Of a stretch of DNA of 64,000 bases, positions 25,258 to 39,632 are shown piece by piece. The stretch comes from Eledone cirrhosa. Taxonomy: Eukaryota. Under the pieces are notes generated by a model, which was not told where the DNA came from, did no database searches, and was given only the letters and a program-made list of their open reading frames with translations. The stretch spans positions 55,118,001 through 55,182,000 of the forward strand of contig OZ024744.1 of the NCBI GenBank assembly GCA_964016885.1, read 5' to 3'. A program made the position numbers and the translations under genes. Within the stretch, counting starts at the first letter, position 1. The number at the start of each line of letters is the position of its first letter.

Positions 25258-26948
25258 GAGGCACATGGCTTAGCGGTTAGAGCATTAGCCTTGCAATCGA
25301 AAGATTGAGTTCAATTCTCAGACCGGGTGATGTGTTGTTTCCTTGAGCAAGACACTTTATTTCACATTGCTCCAGTTTACTCAGCTGTAGAAATGAGATG
25401 ATAGAGCCTGAGGTCCATATCATTACACTGCAAAGTGGTCATGCAGGTGCCACGGCAAAAAAGCACCCAGCACTCACTGTAAATGAGGTTGGTGTTAGGA
25501 AGGGGATCCAGCTGTAGAAATCAAGCCAGAATCAGTTCCCGTCCCACCCTTGCAAGCAGGGAAAAAGCAGACGTAAAATGAAATGATGATGATGAATGAT
25601 GATATATATATACACACAAAGTTAAATACCTGTTAATCTATACAACACAATCAAAGAGTGACTATCTAGATCTAGATATTTATTTTTTTTCTATAAGTCA
25701 ATAGAATCTGCATCAGCTTCATTCTAAAATATAAATACCTTTTCATTATTCACTAGTAGATTAGTCAGCACCAAATATAACTTTAATCTACTTGTTCATT
25801 ATACTAATAAAATGCTGCTGAGGACAGCAAAAACTACTTTTAAAAAGTTGATATATTCTCTGATAAAATGCTTGGCTGAGTGGAGGCACATGGCTTAGTG
25901 GCTAGAGCATTGGCCTTGCAATCGAAAGGTGAGTTCAAGTCTCAGACCTTGTGATGTGTTGTTTCCTTGAGCAAGACTTTATTTCACATTGCTCCAGTTT
26001 ACTCAGCTGTAGAAATGAAATGATAAGGACCCCAGTCCCTATCATTCCACTGCAAAGTGGTCGTGGAGGTGCCATGGTTAAAAAGCACCCAGCCCACACT
26101 GTAAAGTGGACGTATAGACGCCATGGAAAAAAAGCACCCAGCACTCACTGTAAATGAGGTTGGTGTTAGGAAGGGCATCCAGCTGTAGAAATCAAGCCAG
26201 AATCAGTTCCCGTCCCACCCTTGCAAGCAGGGAAAAAGCAGACGTAAAATGAAATGATGATGATGAATGATGATATATATATACACACACACACACAAAG
26301 TTAAATACCTGTTAATCTATACAACACAATCAAAGAGTGACTATCTAGATCTAGATATTTATTTTTTTTCTATAAGTCAATAGAATCTGCATCAGCTTCA
26401 TTCTAAAATATAAACACCTTTTCATTATTCACTAGTAGATTAGTCAGCACCAAATATAACTTTAATCTACTTGTTCATTATACTAATAAAATGCTGCTGA
26501 GGACAGCAAAAACTACTTTTAAAAAGTTGATATATTCTCTGATAAAATGCTTGGCTGAGTGGCGGCACATGGCTTAGTGGCTAGAGCATTGGCCTTGCAA
26601 TCGAAAGGTGAGTTCAAGTCTCAGACCTTGTGATGTGTTGTTTCCTTGAGCAAGACACTTTATTTCACATTGCTCCAGTTTACTCAGCTGTAGAAATGAA
26701 ATGATAAGGACCCCAGTCCCTATCATTCCACTGCAAAGTGGTCGTGGAGGTGCCATGGTTAAAAAGCACCCAGCCCACACTGTAAAGTGGACGTATAGAC
26801 GCCATGGAAAAAAAGCACCCAGCACTCACTGTAAATGAGGTTGGTGTTAGGAAGGGCATCCAGCTGTAGAAATCAAGCCAGAATCAGTTCCCGTCCCACC
26901 CTTGCAAGCAGGGATAAGCGGACGTAAAATGATGATGATGATGATGAA
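25258..26948 (+). repeat. Tandem duplication, ~2.6 units of 625-679 bp; each unit is a tRNA/CORE-like SINE with RTE tail plus ~270 bp of unique sequence
   Basis: GGCACATGGCTTAG starts units at ~25260, ~25885 and ~26564; the unique part AAAGTTAAATACCTG...GCTTGGCTGAGTGG is repeated almost perfectly. Confidence 0.93.
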
Positions 26949-27010
26949 TCCCTCTCTTGCAACCAACAGAACAGTCTTATCAATATTATTGTATAAGGGT
27001 GGTGGATTGG

Positions 27011-27181
27011 CAGTATCGGTAGAGAGTCGGACGCCATGCTTTCCAGCATAGTTACGTCCCTTTACGATCTGAGTTCAAATCCCGCCGAGGTTGACTTTGC
27101 CTTTCATCCTTACGGGGTCGATAAAATAAAGTACCAGTAATACACTGGGTGATTGCTGGCCTTGTGCCTAAAGTAGAAACA
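27011..27181 (+). mobile_element. Young Meta-domain tRNA-SINE with 26-bp TSD, inserted in the head of an older copy (27194-27385)
   Basis: B box GAGTTCAAATCC; TSD ATTATTGTATAAGGGTGGTGGATTGG at 26985-27010 and 27182-27207. Confidence 0.85.
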
Positions 27182-28776
27182 ATTATTGTATAAGGGTGGT
27201 GGATTGGTAGAATTGGTAGAGTATCGGACATGCTGCTTCGAAGCATAGAGTTATGTTCTATGTTCAAATCCCCCAAAGGTTAGCTTTGCCTTTCATCCTT
27301 ATGGGGTCGATAAAATAAAGCACCACTTACGACTTTCCTCTCCCGCCAAATTGTTGGCCTAGTGCCTAAATCAGAAATATTACTATATAATAGATTCATG
27401 AAGCATAACTAAAGTTTGCTTCACAACAATGAGGTCTAGGTTTCAATTTTATGGTTTGGTTACCTTGGGCAAAGTGTCATACTTTAATATAGCTTAAGGT
27501 TGATCAAAGCTTTGCAAGTCAAATTTGGTTGGCAGAAAGTGCTTGGCATCTTGGGCAATTATCTTTACCATAGATAATCAACCCAAACCTTGTGAGTGTC
27601 TTTGGATAGACAGGAACTGTATGGAAGCTCATGAAATGGACCCTATATGTAATTCACGTCTTGGCTTGTTGCATATTTGTTTCGTGCTAATTCGACCTGA
27701 GAATTACATTATGGGTACGTGCATATATCTGCGGAATACTCAATCACATACATGGCAATTGATGAGTTGGATGTTCAATTGATTGAAAAACTGAATGCTC
27801 TTTGTTGAAATCAACACAAAATCCATCATCATCATAATCCAGATTCAAAAGCTAGACACACCAATCTACAATACTAACTAGTTGTGTAAAATTATCAGCA
27901 TTATATACACCAAATTAATTGATGTCTACTTAGGCCTGTTATACTTAACAGTAGTAAGCTCAGCTTCTCTACGACTGGAAAGATTACCAAGATAATTGCA
28001 ATTACCCTGGTATGTGATATGCTTAAGACTAACTTCTTTTTTTTATGTCTGTCTGAAAGGCAGACAGAAAGGCAGTACCCATGAAATGACATTTTTCAAG
28101 ACCTCTGAGATTACTCTAAGGCAATCCTGATCTGAGTGCTCACAAAAGGACAAATTCTGCATCTTTAGTTCCCATGATGGCTCCTCAAATGGTTTCAATG
28201 ATGAGCATTCAGTTGTTTAATCAACTGAATCTCCAACTCAAGAATTAATATATAGGTGGTTGAGTATTCCACAGACATGTACCCTAAACATAATTCCCAA
28301 GGTGAATCAGCCTAACAGTGGATGACAAGGTTGGATCTATGAATTACTAGTACAGTCCATTCAACAGTTTCCATTCACTCCCAATGCTTGATAAGCTGTC
28401 AGGCAGTGGGATTGAAGCCGGAACCAAATATTGTGATGCAAACTTCTTTTGTTCTTGACACTGTAAAGTTATATACACATTTATGCAGTCTCAGTAACTT
28501 CTATTCTGTATATATATATGGGTATATATGTATACCAGTCACCACAAAATGTCATATCAATGCCATTTATACATGCCAGCAATGTCACAGTTTGTGCCTC
28601 ATAAACTGTCATGCAGCATAACAGTTTTATAAATGCTACTGTTGTATTGTACCATACTTAAAATAATGTATGGCTGTAGAAAATGTCTTGTGCCTACTAG
28701 TTCATAAAGTAGACTATCCAATGCACACATCTTTCTCTCAAAGTTAATCTGTCTCAATAAATTTCACAATCCTCCA

Positions 28777-28982
28777 TTAACCCTTTCATTATCATATTTC
28801 TAATGAAAGTGACTATGATTTTCAATTGATTTTGAAAATAATCAGGAATTTAAATGAATTTAATAATACAATTAAGTTTGTCATTATTACATTGGTGTTT
28901 GAATTAACACATAATAAATGTTCTAACATAAAACACTCATGAGTGGTTTTTAGATCAGGTGGTTTGGTATCAAAAGGGTTAA
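28777..28982. mobile_element. TTAA-flanked MITE, family 2 (decayed relatives at ~6635-6823, 15640-15850, 42590-42905, 46000-46190)
   Basis: TTAACCCTTTCATTA ... GGTATCAAAAGGGTTAA. Confidence 0.7.
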
Positions 28983-30689
28983 TAAGAAATTTAGTTAAAT
29001 TACTAAATCCCTCCAAATATGATAACGACAGGGTTAAAATATGATGCTGATTGATTGTAAGCAATAATCTATAGGAATCAAAGAGGAATAGGTTACATTT
29101 ACATTATGTCCATAGTGTGTAAAATATACAAGATAAGTCAAGAACAAATTAGGAAGAGACAAATAGGACAATTTGAACAAGACATGGGCAACTGTATGCA
29201 TAAGATGAGGGAAAGCTGGAAAGAAATTAAATCATAATGTTCCATTGGATGTCATGTAAAGTGTACATGAATGACAAAGTATAGATGAGTTGAGAAAAAC
29301 TGGATATAAGTATGTCAAGTGTTGTATGCAGGGGGGGGGGGGGGAGATGGTGTTGGTACAGATACTGTGTATGGATGCTGACAATTGGGTAAAGATGTGT
29401 CAGTAGTTTGAAGTGGAGAGAAGACATGGAATAAGGAAACTAAAGACAAAGGCAAAAGTGGTGAGAGCTAATATCGGGGCATTGAACTTCACAGAAGAGA
29501 TGACAAAGGAAAAAAACAAGTGGCGAGATGCTGTATTAGAAAAGTATGGTAAATCGATGTTACAATAAATACATGGCGGATAAATAAAATGAAGTGATAG
29601 TGGAAGATGAACTGCAGGTTTTAAAAAAAAAGGAGAAAATTTGGTACAAAATGGTTATTTAGTGAAAGCTGAGAATGTTAAAAGAGTAGGCAGATGAGTT
29701 GACACAAGACTGAGGCACATTGATATAGTGGGAACCTGATGGAATTGTTAAAGAGTCAGATGGGATGCTTTGTTATATTTGGTCCGGTTCTGCGCATCCT
29801 GAGTTCAAATCTCACCTCCTCCTGTCAGGAGTTGTGACTAACAGATAACATCAGTCAACAAGAAAGACCAATGGAAACAGTTTTCTTGGTCTACTCCAAC
29901 ATTTAGCTGCTTTCATTTTTCTTTCGCTAGAGAATTGAATCAGAATCACTCACTCAGCCCACCAGAGGATTACCATATCACATCCCTATTGTAGGATAGT
30001 ATTACATTACACACTGTATTACGCTTATGCCATCATGAATGTTATCATATACTCTTCAGATAGGCTGAACATGCGACAACCTCTTTGGTGCACCAAGTAC
30101 ATTCAAGCAGTAGTGCAGGTGTCACAATAAAATGCACCCAGTATACCGTGAGGTAGTAATGTTGGTGGCACGATAAAATGCATCCACCCAATACACTCTG
30201 TAAAGTGGTTGGCATTAGTAAGGATCCAGCTCTGGAAACCATATGAAAATATGGAGGGTATGAGCAAAATGTGGTTATTTGATCATATCTAATCTTGGAT
30301 TGTCACAACCTGTCAAATCTAACCCATGCCAGCATGGAAAATGGACATAAATGGGTGTTAATGATAATAATGATACTATTAATACTAAAAACTAATTAAA
30401 CTGTGCAACTTAGATAAATATAATTACGTATTTTCCCCAAAACTACAACCATAATCATTATATCATTACCATCATTTTTATATCCACTTATTCTGCTTGG
30501 ATAAGGGCAAGATGTTTTCTACAGCCATACATTATTTTAAGTATGTTACAATAAAACAGTAGCATTTATAAAACTACCAAGCTGCATGAGGTACATAAAC
30601 TGTGACACTGCTGGTTGATATAAATGGCATTGATATAGTATATTGTGGTGACTGGTATACATATATATCCATATATGTGAACACTGTGA

Positions 30690-33420
30690 CGGCTTCAATA
30701 GAGTCCATGGAGGCCAAGGGGTTGGCACAAGAAATGAGGAAGGATTCAGACTTCTAGAATTCTGCGACGCTAATGACATGTCAATGTGTAACACCCGACA
30801 ACCTATAGATCAAAAAACCCGACAACCACCTGATCACCTATAGATCAGGGGAGCATTCTAGTCAGATAGATTTTATCCTCATCAGAGGACGTGACAGATG
30901 GACGGTCGTAAACACACAAGCCTACCCTAGTGAGGAATGTACCTCCCAACATAGCTTAATTGTCAGCGACGTCACGGTGAGAACTAGACGAACCTGGAAA
31001 CAGAGGCCAACCTGGAGAAGAAAGATCTGGAAGCTGAAAGACCCCTCAGCCAGTAACAGATTTAAAGACAGTAAAGAACAACAGATAGAGACATTCAATG
31101 TAGAAGAGGACTGGGAGTTCCTAAAAAAATAACTTACTAGAGGCGACGGATGAGGTCTGTGGCTGGAGTAAAACCACAAGCAGGAGCAGAGTGACTTGGT
31201 GGTGGAACAATAAGGTAGATGAGGCAGTTAAGGCCAAGAGACAGGCATGGAAAGAATGGAAGAACGGGTGGAGCAGGGTACATTACATAGAGACCAAGAG
31301 GGAAGCTAGACGACAAGTATACTTAGCTAGGAGGGAAGCAGAGGATAGAAAATTCAAGCATGTTTTGCAACGTGAGGACCAGAAACGGGAGGTGTTCAAG
31401 ATTGCGAGGCAGTGTGTCAGAGAGAATTGTGATGTCATTGGAGAGAAGTGTATCCGGAATGATAAAGGTGAGCTTGCCCTCACAAGTGCTGAGAAGAAAG
31501 ATGCATGGAAGAGCCATTATGATAGATTACTAAATGAGGAGAAGAGACCCTACCCCAAGTAGACCCTATAGAGGGGCCAGCAGTACAAGTCAGCAGCAGC
31601 GTAGTAAGTAAGGCAATCAAAGATATGAAGATGCGGAAGGCAACCGGTCCATCGGGTATAGCTGCCGAGATGCTGAAGACATCTGGGTCTGTAGGTCACA
31701 CTACAACCACACGCATTGTTAACCAGGTAATACTAGAAGGTGTCATACCAAAAGATTGGTGCAGTAGCATCATTGTCAACTGCTACAAAGGTAAAGGTGA
31801 TGCACTAGATAGAGGAAACTATAGAGGTATAAAGCTGATGGACCAGGTCATGAAAGTAACAGAAAGAGTTATAGCACAGTTGATTAGGGACCCAGTGAAA
31901 ATAGATGAGATGCAATTTGGGTTTGTACCAGGAAGAGGCACCACTGATGCCCTCTTCCTTGTGAGGCAGTTACAGGAAAAGTACCTAGCTAAAAGCCATG
32001 TATAGGGGAGCAGTCAGCAAAGTTAGGATTAGCAATGAGTATAGCGAGGAATTTAGCATAACGGTTGGTGTCCACTAGGGCTCTGTTCTTAGCCCTCTCC
32101 TGTTCACCATAGTCCTGCAGGCAATAACGGAGGAGTTTAAGACCGGATGCCCATGGGAACTCCTGTAAGCTGATGACCTCGCACTTATAGCTGAATCTAC
32201 GGTAGAACTAGAGAAGAAATTCCAAACTTGGAAGCAGGGACTAGAAAGAAAGGGTCTCAAAGTCAACATGACAAAGACTAAGGTCCTTGTAAGTAGACGA
32301 GAAAACAGAACCCAGATCCCCTCAGGGAAATGGCCTTGCTCAGTATGTAGGAAAGGTGTAGGTAGGAACTCCATTCTCGTCCCCAAATGCAAACAATGGG
32401 TACACAAGAGATGTAGCGGCATCTCAGGAAGCTTAATTAAGAATGTAGGCTTCACATGCAGCAGCTGTGCTGGGACAGCAAGCAGCAAACAGCCACAGGA
32501 AACAAGTACCACCAATCTCTGGGAGGGCTCTGTAGAAACAGTAGACAGCTTCTGCTACCTAGGTGACCGAATTAGCAGCTGAGGTGGGTGTTCAGAAAGT
32601 ACAATAACTAGGGTAAGAACGGGATGGAAAAAGTTCAGGGAGCTACTGCCATTGTTAGCTGCAAAAGGCTTCTGCCTCAAAATGAAAGGCAGACTGTATG
32701 ATGCGTGTATCCGAACAGCAATGTTACATGGTAGTGAGACCTGGGCGCTGAAGGTGGAAGACTTACGTAGATTAGAAAGAAACGAAGCCTGCATGCTCCA
32801 ATGAATGTGTAATAGTAATATACGCGAACGACAAAGCATAAATGAATTGAGAGAGAGACTGAGCATAAGTGGAATCAAATGCTGTGTGCAGGAGAGGCGG
32901 TTGCGTTGGTATGGGCATGTGATGCGTATGAAGGATGACAGCTGCATAAAAAGGTGCAGAGCACTAAAAGTCAATGGAAACCGCGGAGTGGGGAGACCCA
33001 AGAAGACCTGGGATGAGGTGATAAAAGCCGACCTTACCCAATTACACCCCTCAAAGGCGATGACACACGACCATGACCTCTGGCGTCACGCAGTAATACA
33101 GAGTACTTGACCGCCCATGGGTACAAGCTGAAGCATATAGACAATATACTCCCACTGCAAGGTGGTCGTGGAGGTGCCACGGCAAAAAAGCACCCAACCC
33201 ACACTGTAAAGTGGACGTGTAGGCGCCACGGAAAAGCACCCAGCCCACACTGTAAATGAGGTTGGTGTTAGGAAGGGGATCCAGCTGTAGAAATCAAGCC
33301 AAAATCAGTTCCTGTATGAGCAAGGCATGGTCAGCCGACCAGACACTGCCCACAACAGGACAACCCGTCTAACCCATGCTAGCATGGAAGAACGGACGTA
33401 AAACGGTGATGATGATGATA
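30690..33420 (+). mobile_element. RTE-clade LINE, subfamily B, 5'-truncated within the endonuclease, with ~300-bp 3' UTR
   Basis: WWWNNKV, NYRGIKL, QFGFVPGRGTTDA, GCPWELL*ADD, RRLRWYGHVMR; several stops and a deletion; (GAT)n tail. Confidence 0.95.
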
Positions 33421-33472
33421 TATATGTATCCATGCTAGCATGGAAGATGGACGTTAAACGATGATGATGATG

Positions 33473-33503
<31 letters not shown>

Positions 33504-35084
33504 AGAATTTACTGAGACTGCATGAATGTGTATATAACTTTAAAATGTCAGATTTGGGGTTCAACTACCATTGTTCCACTCATATTATCCTAACCCTCTT
33601 GGACTGCAACTACCAACATTCACTCCACCATTCATTATTTTAGGATGTATGAAATCCTACCATGAAAAAACAACCCTCTGGACAAATGCCAGACAACTGC
33701 TGTTACTATTTTTTTCTCAATTGAATGTACTGGAGCAACCTGAAACAAAGTGTCTTGCTCCAAGAGACAATATGCCATCAGTCCGAGGAATTGAACCCAC
33801 AATTTTATGATCACGAGTTCAACACTCTAATCTCTAGGCTACTGCACATTGATTCATCAAGGACAAATATATACTACAGTTTGGAACAGAAATCTGGTGT
33901 AAAAGCAAACTGTAACAACACAGATTTCTTTAATTTTTTTCTAATAAAATAATTTTCTTTTCTATTCTGTGACTGATCCTTTTTTCTAGTGTTGATGCCA
34001 TGATAAAATATATACAGAAAAGTGGTTTGCAATCAAAGATAATATAAGGTACAAAGGCCACTTTAATCTTTCTTCTGAGTATATGACAACCTCTCTGGTG
34101 TTGGTATCACAATAAAATGTAAAGTGATTAGGGTTAGAAAGGGCATCCAACAATAGAAGCCATTCCGAAATATGAGCAAGATGTTTTCCAACCTCTTTCA
34201 TCTTAGACTGGCATGACCCATTCAAACCATGCCAGCATGGAAAACAGACATAAAATGATGGTGATGATGTATTTTTAGTCAGTGGTCAACAAACACTTTT
34301 GGAGGTGAAAATATCTTGTAGACCAAGCAAATACAAAAATGAAACCATGATCATACAAAGCTATAAAAACAGCTTACTTTTATAACATTAATATATTTAT
34401 TATAAATGTTTATTAATGTAGAATAAAATGAATACTTTTTACAAGAATAACCAATAGGCATTTATTTAATACCATAAAGAATATGCCAAAGGCGATATTT
34501 AATACCATAACATAGTTTAATTATGTTGATAAAAATGTTTTTTTAGCTAAGTCACAGCGAGTTCAGAAATTTATTCAAAACAGAATAATGAATATGAATG
34601 AATTAGAACAGTGAAAACATGAGGATTGTTAACCAAAGTTTGATCAGGTAAACAAAGAATTTAAGTATTTAATGTCATATATTCAATGAAGTCTCCCAAC
34701 TGGCTGATGGAAATGAAGCAGGGGTCTGGATTTGGCCCACAGACTAAGTTTGCCAACCCTTGTCTTTGGTAGAAAATTTTTTAATTTTCCAAACAATTTT
34801 ATATAAGAATCTTTTTACAAATACTATCTTAATTACATAATTAACAATATCAGTAAATGCCTCTGGATGTTTTGTTAATTAATTGAAATACAGTGTATTT
34901 CATTAAGAGTATGATAACAAAAGGGTTAAACAGCACCAGCTTATTTCACCCTTTATAATTCTAAATACAAACAGGTATATTTTTCTTTGAAAAATAGTGT
35001 TACAAAATACTTAGAATAATAATGTAATTTTAAAAAATATCTTCATTTGTAGAAAATTATTTGTTAAAAGTTAATATCTCTTAC

Positions 35085-35195
35085 CTTACACTTCACCGAT
35101 CGCACAATCTTTTTAACCTTGGCTTCGCAAAATGCTCCACGATATTTCGCGCTAACATCAGTGCCAACGCTGAGAAATGGCGGTTCATCTCCAGC
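35085..35195 (-). CDS. ARID4: ARID4A/B orthologue, coding exon 2 (N-terminal Tudor domain)
   Basis: ttttacag|GCT acceptor and AAG|gtaaga donor; 111 nt; [37 protein letters not shown], the hallmark ARID4 N-terminus. Confidence 0.97.
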
Positions 35196-35959
35196 CTGTA
35201 AAACAACAAATAAAAATTCCATTTGAGAACCAAACCTTTGGCACCTTATTTTCACCAATAAACGTTTTTTACTTTACATTACAACAATAAGCATTTTATG
35301 AGCAAATGTTACTCTTTTGGGGCCCTAGGAAAGATTCCTCCATTTTGCCCTTCCTCTACATCCCCTCCTCACCAACTCTTGACTGTCATTTCCTCTTCCA
35401 TCATCTTTAGTTATGGCTTTCTTGGCTATCTACTCCTCCTTTCCACATTCATTTCCATCACTCCTCTCATTCAGTCACTTTCATCCTTCAACACATGACC
35501 CAATCATCTTTTCATTTCTCTTCATAACATTCATCACTGGCTCTATTCCCATCATCTTCTGCAATTCATTGTTTGTCCTCTCTCAGCAATACCCCATTCC
35601 TTCATCAAACCAATTTCATTTCTGCTCTTCCTAGCCTTTTTCTACTGTTTTGAAATAGTATTTTTTTTTTTTATTTTAATGATAAAATACAGGCTTGGCC
35701 ATGTGGTTACAGAGCTTGCTTCACAACACCTGGTTTCAAGTTCAGTGTCACTGCCCAACACCTTGTATCTTGCTATAGGTTCAAGTTGGCCAATGCCCTC
35801 TCTGCACAAAATTTAGTAGATGGAAACTGCAGAAACTTCTCATACACACATGTCCCACACCACCTGTCTGTGTCTATATCCTTTATCTTAGAGGTTCAAC
35901 AAAAAAAAAAGTCAATAAAATAAAGTACCAAACTTGAAAACATAAGTACTGGCATTAAT

Positions 35960-36460
35960 ATCATCATCATCATCGTTTAACGTCTATCTTCCACATTAGC
36001 ATGGGTTAGACAGGAATTGTCCCACTTGAGGCAAGATTGGTCGGGTGACCGTGTCTCACTTGTATAGGACTATCTGGCCGGTTTTCTACGGCTGGATGCC
36101 CTTCTTAACACCAACCACGTTTACAGTGTGGACTGGGAGGTTTTTACCGTGTTACCTACACAACCACATTACAGCGTGGACTGTGTGTTTTTTTTGTCAT
36201 TGACACCTACACGACCTCATTTATTTTGGATGGATGTTGTGGTACCAACATAACTTTACAGAGAAAGGGTGGTGTAGGTGGGAGTGGGAGGATGGAGTAG
36301 GGGTAGTGGGCTGGGGTGTATATTTGGTTAAGAGGTACCTACTGACTGTAGGTTTCGCTTTGTACATAGGCAAGGCGGGTCTTCTGTATTACTGCGTGGT
36401 GCCAAAGATCTCGGTCCAGTGACATTGTTTTAGAGGGTGCAAGCGTGTAAGGTCGGAATA
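35960..36460 (-). mobile_element. RTE subfamily C 3' end with SINE-like 3' UTR
   Basis: Collinear with 44945-45410; (ATC)n tail at the left end. Confidence 0.8.
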
Positions 36461-38067
36461 TATATACTGATCGATAAATGGGGAGAGAGAGAGAGGAGAG
36501 ATTGATTTAATTCTTTTAAAGGTGATGCCCCTGCATGGTCACAGTTTAATATCCGAAACCAGTAAAAGAATACATACAGCAGATTTACTGCCAATATCTC
36601 TCTGTTTAAAATTATAAACCTTCTAAAAATACTGATGTGTCAACAGCAACCATAACAGGATAGAAATACTCAGTAATATTTTTTTTTAATTATATGGCTG
36701 TGGGCTTAAAATGTCTTATTTCTGAACCATGTGGCTTTGGAGTCAGTCCCTTGTATTTTGTAAATAAAATCTATAAAGAAGCATGTTGCTTACATACATA
36801 ATATATATACATATTTATACATGCATGATATATACATACATACATCTAATGTATATATTGTGGAAAAACAAACCAAGACAATGTAGGATAAAGCAGACCC
36901 TTTGGCCCTATCAAAGACTTGTTTTATTGTTGCCACAATAAAATGCACCAGTACATTCAATAGAGTGGTTTCCATAGAAACTATGCCAAATATGGAATGC
37001 ATAAGACGTGGTTCTTCAACCAGTTTAGTCTTGGACTGAGGTGACTCATCCAACACATACCATCATGAAAAACAGGCATAAAATGATGATGATGATGATA
37101 TAAATCATGTCAAAAGAATTTAGAGGACTTGGGTTATAACAAAGGCACAACAGCCACTCTAGTTTTGATGCTATGATAAAACACACCCATTACACTCTAA
37201 GGTGTAGAAATGTATGTAAGCAAGATGTGTCTCCCAGCCAAGCAGCAAGATTAGTAGCTCTCATTAAGTACTGATGATGTGTGCACATGCCTTTCATCAC
37301 AAACAACATATCGACACTATTCATAAAAAAACCAACAGCAACATTGTTTATATCCACAATGAATGATAAAATGTCCTACAACATTACAGTTTGAAAGAGG
37401 TCAGCAGCCTATATACAATACTGACAATTAAAATGTTAACAACAAAGGCCATCTGACTAAAAAAGAACCTGCCTCAAAAAGTATTACCCCAACCCAATCT
37501 AACACTTAAAAACGATGATGATCCTATCTTCAAAAAGAAAAATGTTATGCAATATTATCTTGAGTTTATCTATAGTAAGATTATTACCCTAAATCCTATC
37601 TGCACCTATACATGTATACAAAAAGTATGAAAAATTTATGACTGGTGCTTCTGCCATTAAAACATTCAGCGAAACTTCGTATGAGATGAAAATTCGTAGA
37701 AGGCCAGTTAAAACTGTAGCAAGATTCATTTCAATTTTTTTTCATGGCATTTATTCCCTAACCCTTGAATACCAAACCATCTCAGATTCTGATACAAAGT
37801 TATTTGTTTTAAAGTGTTTATATTTATCTAAACCCATCCATTACAATTTTAAGTAAGAACCTTTATGTTATGTTCCAAACACCAGCTTAATAAGATTGTT
37901 TATTTTACTAAATCCTTCTTAATTATTTTCAATTTTATTTGAAAATCATAGGCAGTGTCTTTCATTATAAATACAGTAACAAATTAATTACCCATAGCTG
38001 ACATAGATAATGGGAAAAATGAAATAGACAGCTCACACAGGCTGCATCTCAGATTTCTTTGGGGCTT

Positions 38068-38270
38068 TTAACCCTTTAGCGTTTAAACCAGCCATAATTC
38101 TTTCACCCCATTCTGTTTTAACTTGCTGTAACTTACTACTCATACTCATGTTAAAGTATTGTTCTCAAAATAAATATCAAAATCACATAGATTTGTTATT
38201 GTGTGAGACAAAGCCTTTACCGCGAAAATACAATAGTATATATAGAGTAATATAAATGTTAAAGCGTTAA
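38068..38270. mobile_element. TTAA-flanked MITE, family 1
   Basis: TTAACCCTTTAGCGTTTA ... TAAATGTTAAAGCGTTAA. Confidence 0.85.
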
Positions 38271-39632
38271 AGATAGGAAGGTCCAGACATGAAATGAAGT
38301 GTCATGCTCAACAACACAATGTGCTGCCTGGTCCAGGAATCATAGCCACAACTATATATGACTGGAGCCACTATCATTAACACACCCAAAAATATTGTAT
38401 GACATAGGTCAGCTAAACCTACATTAGTGAAAGCTGTAACAATCATTTTAAGGCTATTTTGGTTAAGTTTCTCACTAATCATGGGGTCAATTTTGGGGCA
38501 ATGTTTTATGATTGAACGCTCTTCTTGACACCAACCCCTTTATCCACACATAGAGATACAGTGTCCCATTTTAAACCAAATACACACAGTATATCATTAT
38601 TCATGTATTAGATGTTATTAACAGCCGACAAGCTTTTGAATAAGAAATAGCAGCCAAACCTCCTTCAAATTACACCTTACAAGCAAATAAATAATGTAGT
38701 CATATATGCATATCAGTACCATTTAACATCTGCTTATATATGTTCCAGTATACTATTGCGTGTTTAGGTGGGCGAGGTCCCTGCATTTTGCATTCATATG
38801 TTCCTACACTCTACCAAATGTATTCTATTTAGGTACTAGCACAAGGGAGATTGTTATGTCTTTTAAACAGCTCAAGAAACCTCCCAAACAGATTTTCTAT
38901 GGCTGTATGCCTTTCCAATCACCAATCACTTTACAGTGTGCTTGGTACATTTGCCATATACATATAAGTTGTCATGTCTTTGACACATCCAAAGAATCCT
39001 CCCAATATCTTGAAGTAAATATTCCAGTTCTGCACATTCTGAGTTCAAATCACATTTCCTATAGCAAAAAAACTGATGACATGATAGAATTGAGGGTCCA
39101 TATCATTAAAATGATGAGATGTAACCTCATAGGAACCCAGCTAAACTTATACAGCTGTAAGCCACAACATACAGACCATGTTCTTTTGATCTCTACATAT
39201 ATAATAGGCCTGGGCTCCCAATTATTAAAACACCAAAGATGGAACTTTATAAGAGACTATCTAAACCTATGCTGGTGTCAGCCATATTAACATCAACATA
39301 TGTACACAGATATACTATATTTCTGTCCCTCGATATATAGCCTCTGACAATGAGCCAGTTGTTTCGTGAATAGTACAGCATGCTTATGAAATTAACATGC
39401 ACGTGGCTGAATATTCCAGACATGTGTACCCTCAATGTAGTTCTCGGAGAGATTCAATATGACGTGGAGTGCGACAAATCCTTTGAATTAGAGGTAGAGC
39501 TCAATTTTTATAGCTAAGTAGGCTGGAGCTACATGAAATAAAATGCATTGCTCAAAGAAAATATGATGCCAGGAATCGAACACATGACCATACAATTATG
39601 ACCCAAACAGCCTAACTACCAAGCCACATGCT

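Noticed and set aside
25258-25335. tRNA gene (also 27000-27085 and 53820-53895)
   Set aside because: A/B-box-like motifs but no complete cloverleaf; followed by SINE bodies
38760-39290. 176-aa plus-strand ORF
   Set aside because: Patchwork of SINE fragments, no recognisable domain, non-ATG start
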